Shown here piece by piece: positions 49,901 through 64,000 of a DNA stretch of 64,000 bases. Location of the stretch: contig NC_086097.1 in the NCBI RefSeq assembly GCF_963921235.1, forward strand, positions 197,720,001 to 197,784,000, in the 5' to 3' direction. How positions within the stretch are numbered: position 1 is the stretch's first letter; each line of letters opens with the position of its first letter. The notes beneath the pieces were generated by a model. It saw only the letters and a list, made by a program, of their open reading frames with translations. It searched no databases and was not told the DNA's origin. The stretch is from Mobula hypostoma. Its lineage: Eukaryota. Position numbers and translations under genes: made by a program.

Positions 49901-51499
49901 TTGCAATGAGAAAGCTCACTGAATGCTGAGAAGTTGTAAGTGCAAAGATGAAGAAATAGATTTGTGTATCCAGGTAAGGAGAGTATGCAACTTAGAGTGG
50001 AGGTCCTCCCACTACAATTAGGCTACACCAGAGTATAAAGTATGGATGCTTAGCCAAATGGATGAGGTGCTAGTTAAAATGATTGCTTTCTCTTAGTTGA
50101 TCTTATGATTCACCAACAAAGGAAGAGATTGTTCCAGCATGCTTTTGTCATGTACCCTGTAGTGAATAAAGAGGTTTTGCAAAGTCAGTTGGTGAGAGAC
50201 TTACAGTAATACGGATTGTATTGATGTCCTGTTTTATCAGTTCTTAGACAAAATCTATCACTATGTCAAACATCTGTCATGCCACACTTGACATGGACAT
50301 GTCAATGTATTGTCATTTTGGGAGGGTTACACAAATGCATCCATAATGTAATGAACTAAACCTAGGGAACAGATGCTGTGCTCCTACGTGCCATTATTTT
50401 ACTTACCCTAGCAGCAAACGTGTATTTTTTTTACTATTGTGCATCTTAGTGAATTCGAAGATATTGCTATTCACATTTTTCTTCCCACTGAATTCATTTG
50501 CATTTCGTTTTTTGCTGCCTCATCCATTTCCTTTGCTTTGCTGCTTAAGATCTTTACTTGTCAATGTACACCTATTGAATTTTTGCAGTTTTTCCCTTAC
50601 AAAGCTATAATTTTGCATTTTGCATTTTTCTTCATCTATCATCTGTCTCATTGTTTACTTAATGTGATTGGATAAATCTATGGCTTATACTGCATCTTCG
50701 ATTTCAATTTTCTTTTCCTTTTTTAAGAAAAGCAGCTGGTATATAATGTCTGATAACTAAACTATTAATTGAGGAATACCTTTCAGCCCTTCACCAGTCT
50801 GCTTTATTTGTTTATTCTGAATATACCATATTTATAAGCACTCTCTGCTTTTTTCCTATTAAGGACATTTTATCACACCTCATCCATAGTATATTAATTA
50901 AATACAATTTCCACATCTTTTCCATGCTAATTATTTCTTGCAAGGTAGTGAGTAAAGTACTAGCCTTTCCTCCAAGTCAGCTCAAACTTTAACTCTCTTT
51001 CAAGGGCTGATTATGAAATGTTCGAATTAATCCCAAAAAGACCTATTGGACAATATTTGAGCTAATCCCTGTGGAGTAATTCAATATGCTCAATTAAATT
51101 CCACGAGTTCAAAGGAAGTATCATTGAATTACAGTTTATCAGTTACAGATATTAAAATGATCTGTCGTGATGTTTGAAATCAAGCACAATCTTTTCAGTA
51201 ATTTTAATTTTGAAGTATTAGAAACTCATTTGTGAAATAATTTGTGTGCTGGAGGTTACAATAATTTTGGAGAAGGAGAAAGTGGTTGAAAAGATTAGGA
51301 AAATTTAAAGGATATTTGGAAAACAAACAAATGTGTTGCTGTGTTCGTTAGAGCAAGTGTCTGAACTTGTATTCTAAGGTACATGACATCGAAAGAGTCA
51401 CGTGTATTAGAATGGAAGGGTATTAGCTTTGTCCATATACTCAAACATAAACCTTTCAATTATCTTGCCTCCACAATTTCCCACCATGTCAAGAGAAAG

Positions 51500-52370
51500 A
51501 ATGAGAATCAGATTTACTGTCACTGACATATGTTGAGAAATGTGATGTTTTGTGCCAGCAGTGCAGTGCAATACATAAGAATGGTAGTATAAGTTATAGT
51601 TAAAATATTAAAAAAGTACTGCAAAAGGAGAGCAACGAGTGGTGTAATGGTCCATTCAAAATCTGATGGCAGAAGGGAAGAAGTTGTTCCTAAGATGGTG
51701 AGTGTGTGATCTTCAGCTTCCTTCTCCTGTACCTCCTCCCTGATGGTAGTAATGAGAAGAGGACATGTCCTAGATGATGAGTGTCCGTAATGATGAATGC
51801 AGCCTTTGTGAGGCATTGTGTATAGAAGATGTCCTCAATGGTGCAGTGGTCAGTCCCCATGATGGAGCGAGCTGAGTTTACAACTGTCTGCAGGTTTTTT
51901 CAATTCTGTATATTGATGGCTCCTTGGTGTGTCTGTAGAAATTTGCGAGTGTCTTTTGTGACATAACCAAATCTCCTCAAAGCCTTCATGAAATATAGCC
52001 AGTGGCATGCCTTCTTCATAATTACTTCATTATGTTGGGCCAAGGATAAATTTTCAGGGATGTTGATACCCAGGAGCATGAAGCTGCTCATCCTTTCCAC
52101 TGCTGACGCCTTGATGACGACTGGTGTGTGTTCCCCTAACTTCTTTTTCCTGAAGTCCTTTGTCTTATTGACGTCAAGTGCAAGGTTATTGTGACATTAG
52201 GCAAACAGCCAATCTATCTCACTCCCGTATGCCTCCTCATCACCATCTGAGATTCTGCCAACAAGTGTTGGGTCATTGGCAAATTTGTTGATGGCATTTG
52301 AGTTGTGCCTTCCCATACAGTCATGAGTGTAGAGAGAGTAGAGCAGTTGGCTAAGTGCACATCCTTGAGA
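51500..52370 (-). mobile_element. Rex1/Babar-clade LINE fragment
   Basis: MERMSSFMLLGINI...KKACHWLYFMKALRRFG, and an FANDPTLVG-like RT motif near 52260-52290. Confidence 0.8.
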
Positions 52371-53299
52371 TTCTAGGAAATGATTGACTTAGCATGGAGA
52401 AGATATTGAAAGCCAAAATGGTACTGGGGAGAAAATCAATGGGATAAGAGCTTATAGGAGTGAAAGAATAGATTATGGATCAAAGTATGAAAGTATGATC
52501 TATGGAAAGAAGGGGTATGATTGATCATTTCCCAGTTCTAGCAAGGGTCTTTTAATTGAATTATAACTTGGTTTCTCTTTCCACAAACGTAACCTGACTT
52601 CCTGCGTATTCATGCATTTCCTGGTTTTATTTTCAGATTTTCATCTTCAGTAGCTCTTTTGTTCAATTTACATGCATATTATTCAATGGTGAAAAAAATA
52701 ACTGCCCTTGAAATTCTCAACTTTCTGGCAATTATTTTCTTACAAGCAAATCATCCTGATCAGTGTTAAGTGTTGAGCTCGGCCAGCATGGCAGTTCATG
52801 GTGCAGTCTAAGTGGAACCTGAATGTTTTGTAGGAAGAGATACAGTACCTCACTTGAATGAGGTACTTGTTTTATAATGGGTTCTATTCGGTTTCTTTGT
52901 ATGTGATTGCCTGCAAGGAAATGAATCTCAAGGTTGTATAAAGTATACATATTTCGCTAATAAATGTACTTTGAATGTTGAGTCAAACCTGCCACATATA
53001 ATTAGGTTCCGTCAGGCTTGGGTTAGATAGCTATGTTCCACTTTTGGTGTTATTTATTCCTGCTTGGATATGTTTATCTCTTAGCTGTTGAATAAATTTT
53101 TTTGTGTATTCCCTGTCTTCTCTTATTAATTGCTTTTCCCTACAACACGGCAATTCTTTGCTGCCACATGACTTAATTTGAACATATAATTTCTGTATGA
53201 TTTTAATTGCAATGATTCATTTTTTTGTATATGACCTGATTTATTATGGCTTGGTTATTTTTTAGAAGTGAGTGCCCATACTATAAAGTAAGACAACAC

Positions 53300-53592
53300 A
53301 ACTGAGAAGCCTGTAAGCCTGCTGCTTTCAGGCTCCAGCAATTCAGGTTCTATCCTGAACCCTCTCCACTATATGTATGAAGCTTGCTTATCTCCCTGTG
53401 ATTGCTTGGGCTCCCCCACCCAGAATTCCAGTTTTTTCCCTTGTCTCAAGGACATTTATTAACTGTAAATTCCCAGGTGTGTATAACAATGGTAGAATAT
53501 TGGGGGAAAGAGTTGATGGGAATCTACAAGTGGCAGGCATGTTCTTTTGGGTTGAAGGGCCAGTTTTATTGTTGTATGACTCTTTGATTTAG
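53300..53592 (+). mobile_element. Degenerate tRNA-derived V-SINE-like element with a CR1-type 3' tail (HE1-like)
   Basis: B-box-like caggttctatcctga, V-domain-like tctccctgtgattgcttgggct...ccagttttttccc, and tail gggttgaagggcc...gtatgactct. Confidence 0.55.
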
Positions 53593-53924
53593 CTCCATCA
53601 GTTCGGCATTGATAGCTTATAAAATAATGTGTTTCCACTATGAATTGGACTGTTGGAAGGTTAGTGGTTGGCAGTGAGATGTTTTAATATTAGGGACACA
53701 GAGTAGTCCTAAAAGGCAAATTTTTAAAAAATATATAGGCAAACCTTACAAAAATTACTGATTAGAACAGTAGTAAATTTTCAACAAACATATGATTAAA
53801 ACATTTTGCTGTGAAGTTTTTGAATAAATGGCATCCTATAAACATCCTATAAAACTGTTCATCTGATTATTACATATTAATAAAAAGCACTCTCGTATGA
53901 CTCCATGACAGTTTCTTGTGCTGG

Positions 53925-54225
53925 TCATACTTTATACTTTATTGTTGCCAAACAATTGATACTAGAACGTACAATCATTACAGCGATATTTGATTCTTTG
54001 CTTCCCGCTCCCTGGATTACAAATCAATAGTAAATATTAAAAATTTAAATTGTAAATCATAAATAGAAAATAGAAAAATAGAAAGTAAGGTAGTGCAAAA
54101 AAACCGAGAGGCAGGTCCGAATATTTGGAGGGTACAGCTCAGATCCGGGTCAGGATCCGTTCAGCAGTCTTATCACAGTTGGAAAGAAGCTGTTCCCAAA
54201 TCTGGCCATACGAGTCTTCAAGCTG
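53925..54225 (-). mobile_element. Rex1-like 3' end
   Basis: (tacttta)n tail. The reverse complement gives RFGNSFFPTVIRLLN. Confidence 0.7.
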
Positions 54226-55189
54226 GAGTTTAGCGGAGAGGTTATATTATATACATAATTGTTTAGAGATTATATTGACACTGAACTGGCTATAATCTAT
54301 TTACCCAATTATACCTTTTGAAACTATACAAATAAGGCTCTGAAAGTAACTTGAGGGCATTAGATTAATTTTATTTAACACTCTCTTCTGCACAAAGCAA
54401 TTGTTCTTAATCATTTCCTGTGCACTTAGTATTTTCCATGGCATGGCAGAACTATAATTTTAAGAAGATATCTTTTAGAGTTCAATACCTCAAGCTCATT
54501 TGAAATTTCATGTGATTTACCAACGATTTATTATTGAATTGCACAATTTGCTTTCATTTTAAACTTGTAAGATTGACATGAGGTTAAATTTTAGGTATTC
54601 ATTATGGGGTCTGTGAATTTCAGTTGGTGCATTGAAACTAATCATTGAAAATACAGTTGAACCATTAAAGCTGAAAGCCAGTGGTTGTTCAGTTCGATGT
54701 TCGCTATAGAAGAAAGTGGCAAAGAAATGTCTTTGAACATGAAGCAATACTTGTACTGACTTTTCTTTTAAATTGTCATTAGAAAAATATATTGAAGTTC
54801 CTGAAAATAATTATACATGTCAAAATAAAAAGAATAGCAGAAGATTAAAACGATAATGTTGCTCAATCGAAGATGAGTCATCCAGAACACGTGCCTGCAA
54901 AAGCAAAACAAAGATGTTGGAAAGAACAAAAAGTTCTGTGAGCACACTGCAGGCTAGACTACATTTGTGGAGAAAGAGATTCAGAATTAATATTTCAAGT
55001 TGAAAAAGAGAACACTGCTGCTATTGGAAATTATAGAAATGGCCATGTACAATACACTGATGAGAGCATAGTCTGAGTAAAAACACACAATGCTAGTCAC
55101 CAAACTATAAAAAGGACATAGGATTTTTGGAAACAGCATAAAGAGTGCAAGCTCCAAGACCTTGGCCTCAATGCTTCCTTATTCAGAAT

Positions 55190-55755
55190 ATGCCATAGAA
55201 ACAGGCCCTTCAGCCCATCTAGTCCATGTCGAAACCATTTAAACTGCCTACTCCCAATTACCTGGACCATAGCTCTCCATATCCTTACTATCCATGTACC
55301 TATCCAAACTTCTCTTAAATACTCATTCTACCCTTTCATGACCCTCTGAATGGAAAAGGTTCCCCTCATGTTCCCCTTAATCTTTTCACCTTTCGCCCTC
55401 TAGCATGACCTCTGGTTGTAGTCCCACCCAACCTCAGTGGAAAAAGCATGTTTGCATTTACCCTATCTATACCCTATAATTTTGTATAACTCTATCTAAT
55501 CATCTCTCAACCTTCTATGTTTGAAAGACTTCAGTCCTAACTTATTCAATCTTTCTGTACAAGTCAGGTCATACATATCCAGCAACATCCTTTTAAATTT
55601 CCTTGGCACTCTTTCTACCTTGTTTATATCTTTTCTATAGGCAGGTTACCAAACCTGCACATAATACTCCAAATTAGGCCTCATCAATGTCTTATACAAC
55701 TTCAACATAACATCCCATCTTCTGTACTCAAAACATTGATTTATTAGACCCTTGA
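55190..55755 (-). mobile_element. CR1 3' part
   Basis: INQCFEYRRWDVMLKLYKTLMRPNLEYYVQVW. Confidence 0.85.
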
Positions 55756-55759
55756 TTTC

Positions 55760-56840
55760 CTCATGTGCAGAACCCAGTTGGCTCAGATTGGCAACACCAA
55801 CTCCTCCAGGATCTCCATCAGCACAGGTGTACCAGAAGGCTGTGTGCTTTGTCCCTTGCTCTGCTTGATTTACACTTACGACTGTGTGGCTAAGGACAAC
55901 TCCAATGCCATATTCAAGTTTGATGATGACACCCATGTGGTAGGCTAAATCAAAGATGGTGATGAATCAGCATATAGGAGGGAGATTGAAAATCTGGCTG
56001 AGTGGTGTCATAACAATAACCTTTTACTCAATGTCAGCAAAAACTAGGAGCTGATTATTGACTTCAGGAGGAGAAAACCACAGGTCCATGAGCCAGTCCT
56101 CATCAGAGGATTGGAGGTGGAGAGGGTCAGCAGCTTTAAATTCCTCAATGTTATTATTTTGGAGGACCTGCCCTAAGTGCAATTATGAAGAATGCACAGA
56201 AACTTCCTTCGGAGTTTGCGAAGATTCAGTGTGACATCTAAAACTTTGACAAACTTCTATAGATGTGTAGGTGAGAGTATATTGACTGCCTGCCTAGTAT
56301 GGAAATGGAAGATCCTACAAAAAGTAATGGGTATGGCCCAGTCCATCACAGGTAAAGCCCTCCCCCTCAACCATTAAGCACATCTACATGAAATGAATGC
56401 CATCGCAGGAAAGAAGCATATATCTCAAGGGACTCCTCACTACCCAGAACATACTTTCTTCTCGTTGTCACCATCAGGAAGAAGGTACAGGAGCCTCAGG
56501 GTGCACACCACCAGGTTCAGGAACAATCATCAGCGTCTTGAATCAAAGGGGATAACTTCACTCAACTTCACTTGTCCCTTATAGAAATGTTCCTACAACC
56601 AGTGGACTCACTTTCAAGGGCTCTTCATCTCCTGTTCTCAATATTTATTGTTTATTTATTTGTTGTTATTATTTCTTTTTCTGTTTGCACAGTTTGTTGT
56701 TTTCTATACTCTGGTTGAATGCCCTAGTTGGGCGGTCTTTAATTGACTTTATTATGGTTGTTATTCCTTAGACTTACTGAGTGTGCCCACAAGCAGAGTA
56801 TGTACTTTGATAATAAAGTTACATTGAACTTTGAACATTG
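55760..56840 (+). mobile_element. Rex1/Babar-clade LINE 3' half
   Basis: STGVPEGCVLCP, FKFDDDTHVVG, FLRSLRRF, PSGRRYRSL and a (ttgaac)-type tail. Confidence 0.88.
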
Positions 56841-57424
56841 AAATATTTGCAAAGATTGTACCAGAAATGAGATGTTAAAGCAATAAGAATGACAGAAGTG
56901 ATTGGAGTTTTTTTATACTTGAAGATGTGTGAAGCTCTTTAAAATAATGAATAGGTTAGATAGTATACATGTCCAGAACATGCTTTGATTTGTGAGTCCG
57001 CAAAATTAAGATTGTTAATTAAAATAAAATCAGACAGAAAAATTTCCTTTGAGGGTCATTGCGGTATGGAACTCACTACTATAGAAAGTTCAGTTCATTT
57101 CAAAAGGAAGTTAAATGAATATTTGTGTGAAAGAAGAGATGAAAGGCTGTGAGGAAATGTACACATGGGCACCTGAATTAGGAACAGGAGTTGACTTGTC
57201 AGCCCCACTTTCCAACTCTGTCAATTCCAGCTACCTTGAGCAACCTTTGATTTCCCTGCTTAACAAAAATGGACAAAATTCTGCCTTAAAAAATATTCAG
57301 AGGTTCTATTTCCACCATTGTTAGTGTATAGAGTTCCAAATGTTCATGGTCTTCTGAGAGGGAAAGAAAAGTCTCACATCCATGAGACTTGGTGACAGGC
57401 TATTTTTAAATATTGACATCTACG

Positions 57425-57915
57425 GTGATGAAATGCTTTGAGGGTTTGTTCATGGCTAGACTCAACATCTCTTTCAGTGAGGACCTGGACCCACTGCAAT
57501 TTGCCTATTGCTAAAATAGGTCTCTGGCAGCTGCAATCTCAATGGCTCTCCACATGGCCTTGGACAATACAAATATGTTTAACACCATCAGCTCTGTATT
57601 TAACACCATCATTTCCACAATCCTGATTGAAAAGCTATAGAACCTGGGCTCCTGTACCTCCTTCAGTAAGTGGATCCTTGCTTTTCTAACCAGCAAAACA
57701 CAATCTGTATGGATTAGAAATACTATCTCCACCTCATTGACAATCAGCACTGGCACACCACAGGGATATGTGCTTAGCCCATTGCCCTACTCTCTCTACA
57801 CTCATGACTGTCTGGCTAGGCTAGCTAGGCATAGCTCAAATGCTATCTATAAATTTGCTGATGATACAACCATTGTTGATAGAATCTCAGTTGGCGATGA
57901 GAGGGCGTTAAGGAC
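57425..57915 (+). mobile_element. Rex1/Babar RT fragment
   Basis: DPLQFAY, TGTPQGYVLSP and YKFADDTTIV. Confidence 0.85.
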
Positions 57916-57919
57916 CGAT

Positions 57920-58284
57920 ATAGAAGGAGGATGAGAGGAGACATGATAGAGGTATACAAGATATTAGGAGGAATAGATAGAGTGGACAGCCAGCGCCTCT
58001 TCCCCAGGGCACCACTGCTCAATACAAAGGACATGGCTTTAAGGTAAGGGGTGGGAGGTTCAAGGAGGATATTAGAGGAAGGTTTTCTACTCAGAGAGTG
58101 GTTGGTGCGTGGAATGCACTGTCTGAGACAATGGTGGAAGCAGATACACTAGTGAAATTTAAAAGACTACTAGACAAGTATATGGAGGAATTTAAGGTGG
58201 GGGGTTATATGGGAAACAGGGTTTAAGGGTCGGCAAAACATTGTGGGCCAAAGGGCCTGTACTGTGCTGTATTAGTCTATGTTC
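57920..58284 (+). mobile_element. CR1 3' end
   Basis: Near-collinear with 38410-38786. Confidence 0.88.
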
Positions 58285-61200
58285 TTTTTTTTTTAATTTT
58301 ATTTTTATTTGGATAAGGAATTCACAATTATCATGTACTTTTTTCACACATATAACCTTTTCCATTTTTTTATATGTATAAAACTACAATTATTTATACA
58401 TTCTTAAGTACACATTGAGATGATCTAAAAGGAAAATAAACATTTAAATAGATAATTATGTACTGTGGTAAATCTAACCTATTAGGCTAAGTAATGAAAT
58501 TAGTTGTTAAGAAAAATGGTAATAATAGTTTCCATACAACCCTTCTGGACCATTTCCACTGGTCCAAAATGTTGCATACAAGCCTATATACCAACCATTG
58601 AAGGTGTTTATATCCCAATTTGTTCGTGCTTGTTCCTGCCCGCAGACATAATTATCCAATCCCTATGTACTTATTTACTTAATTTTTTCATTTTTTTTTA
58701 TCCCTTTCCCAAATCTTTCCCTTTACTTGTGTTAATTCTCTATTTTCCAAAAAAAACCCAAACATTTAGACTAGGGGTGCTTACGTTAGCAATATTACTG
58801 TGTTGATGAGAAGAGCAATATAAATCATTAGAGTCATCTAAAGTCTGCTCGCATTGGGGTTATATATTCAATCCATTTATTCCAGATTTGATAAAATGTT
58901 TCTTTTTGAGTTCTCAGGGAGTAAGTCAACTTTTCCATTTTAAATATTTCCAAGATAATTTCGTACCAATCTTCTAATGTAGGTGGTATTGGATTTAGCC
59001 ATTTTCTAGTGATTGATTTCTTACTTGCCGCTAAGAGGGCCTGCAGCAACTTTATATCTTCCTTCTGTTCAAGGAACAATACATGCCCCAAATAGAGCGT
59101 CTCAAAGTTCAGAGGTATCTGGGACCTAAGTACCTTAACTAATGTTCTATGAATACCTTCCCAAAATAGACTTAATTTAGGGCAATCCCAGAAAATATGA
59201 AAATGGTTTGCCTCCTTGGAGCCGCACCTTCTCCAACACATCACATTTGTATCTTTATATTTTTCCTGATATGGGGTCTTGAAGTATCTTATAATGTTTT
59301 TCCAACAATGTTCTCTCCAAGTCAAAGAATTAGTCGAGGACCATTGAAAGCTGCAGATTTTCCCCCACGCCTCCTCTGAAAGTACTAACCCCGCTTCTTT
59401 CTCCCACTTCTCTTTAATATACAGTGTATTTACATTTTTAGCATGGGAGAGTGCATTATATAGGCGAGAAACTGATTTACTAGGTATTGAACTGCAAGCC
59501 GAATTCAGAATCTTGAAAAATTCTAATTCTACTGTTGATAGGTCTGTATATCTACAACTCTGGTTAACATAGTTTCGTATTTGAAGGTACCTAAAAAAGT
59601 CATTATGTTCTAGGCCATGTTTGTCCTGCAGGATTTGGAAACTTTGTAATACTCTTTTATCTATAAATGAGAGGTAGGTTGTAAGACCTTTCTTTATCCA
59701 TAGCTCAAATCTTTTATCTCCTCTGTTGGGAAGGAATTCGGTATCATATGCACAGCATCTAAAGAGTTTTAACATGTTATTAATTCCACATGAATTAACC
59801 ACCTTCTGCCATACTTTTAATGTAAGATTTATCCAAGCATTATTAAATTTTTCCAACTGGGCCATCAATCCTTTGTCAGCTATTGAGGCCTGAAGAGGAA
59901 AACTGTCAACTAATCCAAATTCTATTTCCTTCCATCTAGCCTTATATTCCCTATTACACCAATATAACAGAGGGGTTATCTGTGAGGCATAAAAATAATT
60001 TCTCAGGCAAGGAAGAACCATACCTCCTCCTTCCTTCCCTAACTGTAAGGTGTTATATCGAATTCTAGGTTTCCTTCCTTGCCAAATGAAGCGGGAAATT
60101 CATTTGTCCCATTCCCTGAATTGATTATCATCCACCTCCACTGGTAAAGTACGGAAAAGATATAATAACAGAGGAAGAATATTCATTTTTGTAGTATTTA
60201 TCCTTGAATTTAAACTTAAAAAGGGGATAAGATTCCATCTATGCATATCTGCTTTTATCTCTGAGATTAATGGCCCATAATTTACCTGTGACAGTGTTGA
60301 AAGATCCTTCGGCAGGGTTATTCCTAAATATTTTAATGATTTAGCTTCCCACTTAAGATCGTATGTATCCTGCAATTTTTTGGATGGTGTATAATTTAGG
60401 GACATAACCTGTGTTTTCTTTACATTTATTTTATAACCTGATATTTTCCCAAAGTCATCCAACAGTGTAAACAATCCTATAAATGATTTTTCTGGTTCAC
60501 TCAGATAGACCAAAACATCATCTGCGAATAACGCCACTTTCTGTTCAATCCCTGCCACCTTGATACCTTTTACGATTTCACTCTGTCTTATTGGTTGGGC
60601 AAGTGGTTCAATATATAGCGCAAAAAGGAGAGGAGAAATTGGGCATCCCTGTCTAGTGCCTCTCTCTAAAATGAAGGAGTCAGAGAGGTCCCCATTTATC
60701 TTAATTCGGGCTGTAGGGCTGTCATATAGAGTCTGAATTACTTTAATAAACCTTTCTTGAAAGCCGAATCTTCCTAACACTCTGTATAGGAATGCCCAAC
60801 TAACCGAATCAAAAGCTTTCTCAGCGTCCAATCCTACCACCATTGTCTCTGTCTCGTTCTTATTAACCTGTTCTAATATGTGCAGAGTTTTCCTCATGTT
60901 GTCCTGTGTTTGTCTTTGTTGAATAAATCCAGTCTGGTCTAAATGGATTAGGCCAGGTAAAAGCTTTTCCAATCTGCGCGCTAATATAGATGTAAATAGT
61001 TTGTAATCTAAATTAAGAACACTAATTGGCCGATAACTGCCACATTCTAGTTTATCTTTACCCTCTTTAGGAATAACTGAAATAATCGCTTCTCTCCAGG
61101 AAGGTGGAGTTTCTCCTCTCTGCAAGATCCAATTAAAGGTGTTAAGTAGTAATGGTTAGCCTTCAGGGACTTGTACCACTCTGAGGTAAACCGATCAGAA

Positions 61201-64000
61201 CCCGGGGACTTTCCAGCCTTTAACCTAGAGATGGCCACGTTCAGTTCTTTGACAGTTACTGGTTCTAATAAACTTTCATTTTGTAAATCTGTAAGTTTAG
61301 GTAGATCTAAAAAATTCAATACACTGTCTATATAGGGCTCATTGGGGGCCCGGGGTTGGGAGTACAGCTCTCGATAATATGTTTCAAAACTCTCTTGAAT
61401 TTTCCCTATTGTACTCTCCACAAGCTTTGTCTTTGGATTCTTTATTTTATGAATTGTATTGTCTGCTTGTTGTTTTGGTAAGTTATATGCTAATAATCTA
61501 GCTGATTTACCTCCTACTTCATAATTCTTTCGTCTCAGGTAAAGAAAATTTCTTTGAGTTTCCAACGTATAAATATCATCAATTTCACTTTGCAATTTCC
61601 TAATTTCCTGTTTTCGATTTGAATTACTTTTGTTGCTATCTACAACTTGAAGTTGTTTTAATTTTCCTTGAAGGTCTGCTAATTTTTGTGCATTGATTTT
61701 TTTTCATGTGAGTAGTAATGGAAATAATTTTCCCTCTCAGTACAGCTTTCAATGTATCCCATAAAATCACTGGTGATGTTTCTCCCGTGTCAGTAAGGTC
61801 TAGATATTCTTTGATTTCTCCCCTTAATCTCTCCATTACTTTCGGGTTATTGAGTATATGTGAGTTTAGCCTCCATAGTGTTTTCCTCATTTTCCTTTCC
61901 AGGATTAGAGACATAGAGACTCTATGTTCCGACAGATCAATTGTTGCAATATTACAGTTTTTTATCCTGAGTCTATCTGTATTAAAGATAAAGAAATAGT
62001 CTATCCTTGAATAGGCTGAATGAGGGAAAGAGTAATATGTATAATCTTTACTAGTAGGGTGTAATTCCCTCCAGACATCTATAATTCCCAACTCCTCCAT
62101 CAATGAATTCACTTTCCGAGTCAGAGGTTTATTCTGAGTAACTATTCTTGAAGAATCTAATATAGGATTTAATCTAATATTAAAATCCCCTCCACAAATT
62201 ACTACCCCTTTAGAACTGACCATTAGGTCAAAAATGTGTCTATAAAATGACCAATCACTACCTGGAGGAGCATAAACATTCAGCAATGTTATTTCTGTAC
62301 CTTCTATTCTTCCTGTGGTTTTTACAAACCGTCCTTCTTTGTCTCTAGTCTCTGAAATATGTTCATAATTAAGAGTACTTGATATTAAGGTAGCTACCCG
62401 TCTTTTGTGACTCAATTTATATGATGAATAAAATACATGCTTAAAGCCCATTCTTTCTAATTTTCCATGTTCAGATTGGCTCATATGTGTTTCCTGGAGA
62501 AAAGCTATTTGTGCCCTCTCTTTTTTCAATTTAGACATAATCTTATTTCTTTTAATTGGATTCAAAACCCCTTAACATTATAGGAAATTATTTTTACCAA
62601 TTCAGTTTGCATTTTTCTCTAGTAGAAAAAAAACACTCTCCTTTTCTAACCAAACAGTAAGCAATCCCTTCTCAACAGTAAACCAAGACATATAACCACA
62701 CCCTAGACATTTCTGAACGTGTAACATTTGAAAATTTTTCCCGACTTCCCACAGTGAGGCCTGAGCACCGACCCACCTCAGTTCAGAGGGATAACCTCTA
62801 TCTTCACCCTGTGTTAGAGGGCCCTCAGCAGTTTGAATAATCATAGAGAATTTTCTCCTATTTATGTCTCGACCATATTGCTATCATTCAAGTTATTCCG
62901 CCTAGTTTATTTTCAGTTACCAGTTTTCATTTTACTTTTAAGTCCGATTTACTCTTTTCAGTCATTTCTCTTAATTAATCTGTATTCTCTGTACATTCGC
63001 GTCTGAATATTTGCAGCTTTTCCTTGTAGTTTGACACTCTGGTTCGAGTGGAGCGTCCTCGCCCCACTAACTGCCACGACTTCTGCCGAATCCTCTCCAG
63101 TAGCGACTCCGGTTGGGTGATAACTTTAATAGGTAGTCCCCGGTCCGCCAGGTCCAACGTTGCCTCCTCCACCGTAGCGTAAGTTTTTGTCCCTTCGTCG
63201 TAAAAGACTCTCAGCCGAGCTGGATACAGGGTCTGGAATCTGATGTTGTTTTCCTTCAGGATCCTCCGTGTTTCCGTATATTCCTTCCGTCTGGCAAGAA
63301 TCCCCGGTGCGTAGTCGTGGTCTAAACTGATTTTGCAGTTGTTCCACATGAAACCTTTCTTTTGCCATGCTCTTTTAAGCACCTCTTCCTTCGTTCTGTA
63401 ACTGAGAAATCTGATCAGAATCGATCTGGGCTGGGCGCCTGCCGGAGGCTGTGGTGCCAACGCGCGGTGAGCCCTTTCTATCTGTAGGTCTTTTGCGGCC
63501 GGTATATCAAGGTTCTCTCTAAGCAGCTTCTCCACGAAGGGAATCATCAATCCGGGTTTTCCTTCGGTTCCTTCGGGAACTCCGTAGATCCTCACATTTT
63601 AGTCTTCTCGTGCGGCCTTCTTGATCTATTAGTTTCCACTGGAGCTGGTCTTGTAGCTTCAGCATTTCTGCTATCACTTCCTCGGCGTTTTGTAGCTTCT
63701 CTTCAATTCCAACAATCCTCGCTTCGGCTTCATCTATCCGCGAGTTAGTTTTTACTATTTCTCCTTTAATATCTTCCAGCTGTTCGCTGTTATCTTGTCG
63801 GAACTCGCGAATCTCTCCGAGAATCAAAGACAGAGTCACCGATTCCCCCTCATTATCTCCGTCCTGGCTTGCCGTGGGGGAGCTAGGCCCGTCGCCTTGC
63901 TGCGTCTCTTTATGTTTATCAGCCTTCGAAGCGGACTTTTTATTCTTGTTCTTAGACATCATCCTTGCCCCTTTTATTAATATAGTTATGCAATATTAAG
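58285..64000 (-). mobile_element. Near-complete, relatively young L1-clade LINE (5' UTR runs off the window)
   Basis: Poly(A) at 58285-58294. ORF1 62975-63962 (RIYGVPEG, ERAHR, TLYPARLRV). ORF2 from ATG 62612 to 58834 (FLQETH, NVYAP, GGDFN, SRIDYF, LDAEKAFD, RQGCPISP, FADDVL, CWRRC...HIFWDC), broken by a few frameshifts and stops. Confidence 0.95.

Noticed and set aside
54559..54800. Minus-strand open frame following a ttattttcag acceptor-like site
   Set aside because: No recognisable domain and no clear donor site. It cannot be supported without expression or conservation data.
1..64000. CRISPR arrays, rRNA or tRNA genes, prokaryotic operons or defence systems
   Set aside because: I saw no repeat-spacer arrays or structural RNA genes. 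The RT, nuclease and helicase ORFs all belong to eukaryotic transposon families.

Overview
Eukaryotic, AT-rich, repeat-dense DNA from a large intron or intergenic region. The repeat mix (many CR1, Rex1/Babar, L1, Penelope-like and V-SINE copies) suggests a cartilaginous fish such as a ray or shark; that assignment is inference. I found no intact host gene. Most long ORFs in the track are transposon-derived or antisense to transposons. Highlights: (1) a very young Penelope-like insertion at 8331-9804 made of two ~619-bp apparently identical inverted arms, with an exact 15-bp target-site duplication (TSD), an open GIY-YIG frame and a minimal hammerhead ribozyme in each arm, plus miniature fold-back relatives at ~48.1 kb and ~24.6 kb; (2) a DPF2/requiem-like C2H2 zinc-finger fragment at 9937-10098 that the ORF track misses and that looks like a retrocopy; (3) a four-level nest CR1 > hAT > hAT MITE > Rex1 with readable TSDs; (4) a Helitron with both termini and a PIF1-like helicase but no Rep domain; (5) two L1 elements; (6) a Tigger-like element with an internal segment resembling mammalian MER2; (7) a ~72-bp module shared between a hAT-type and a Harbinger-type MITE. 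Family names come from motif recognition and recall, not from database searches. Boundaries of old elements are approximate.
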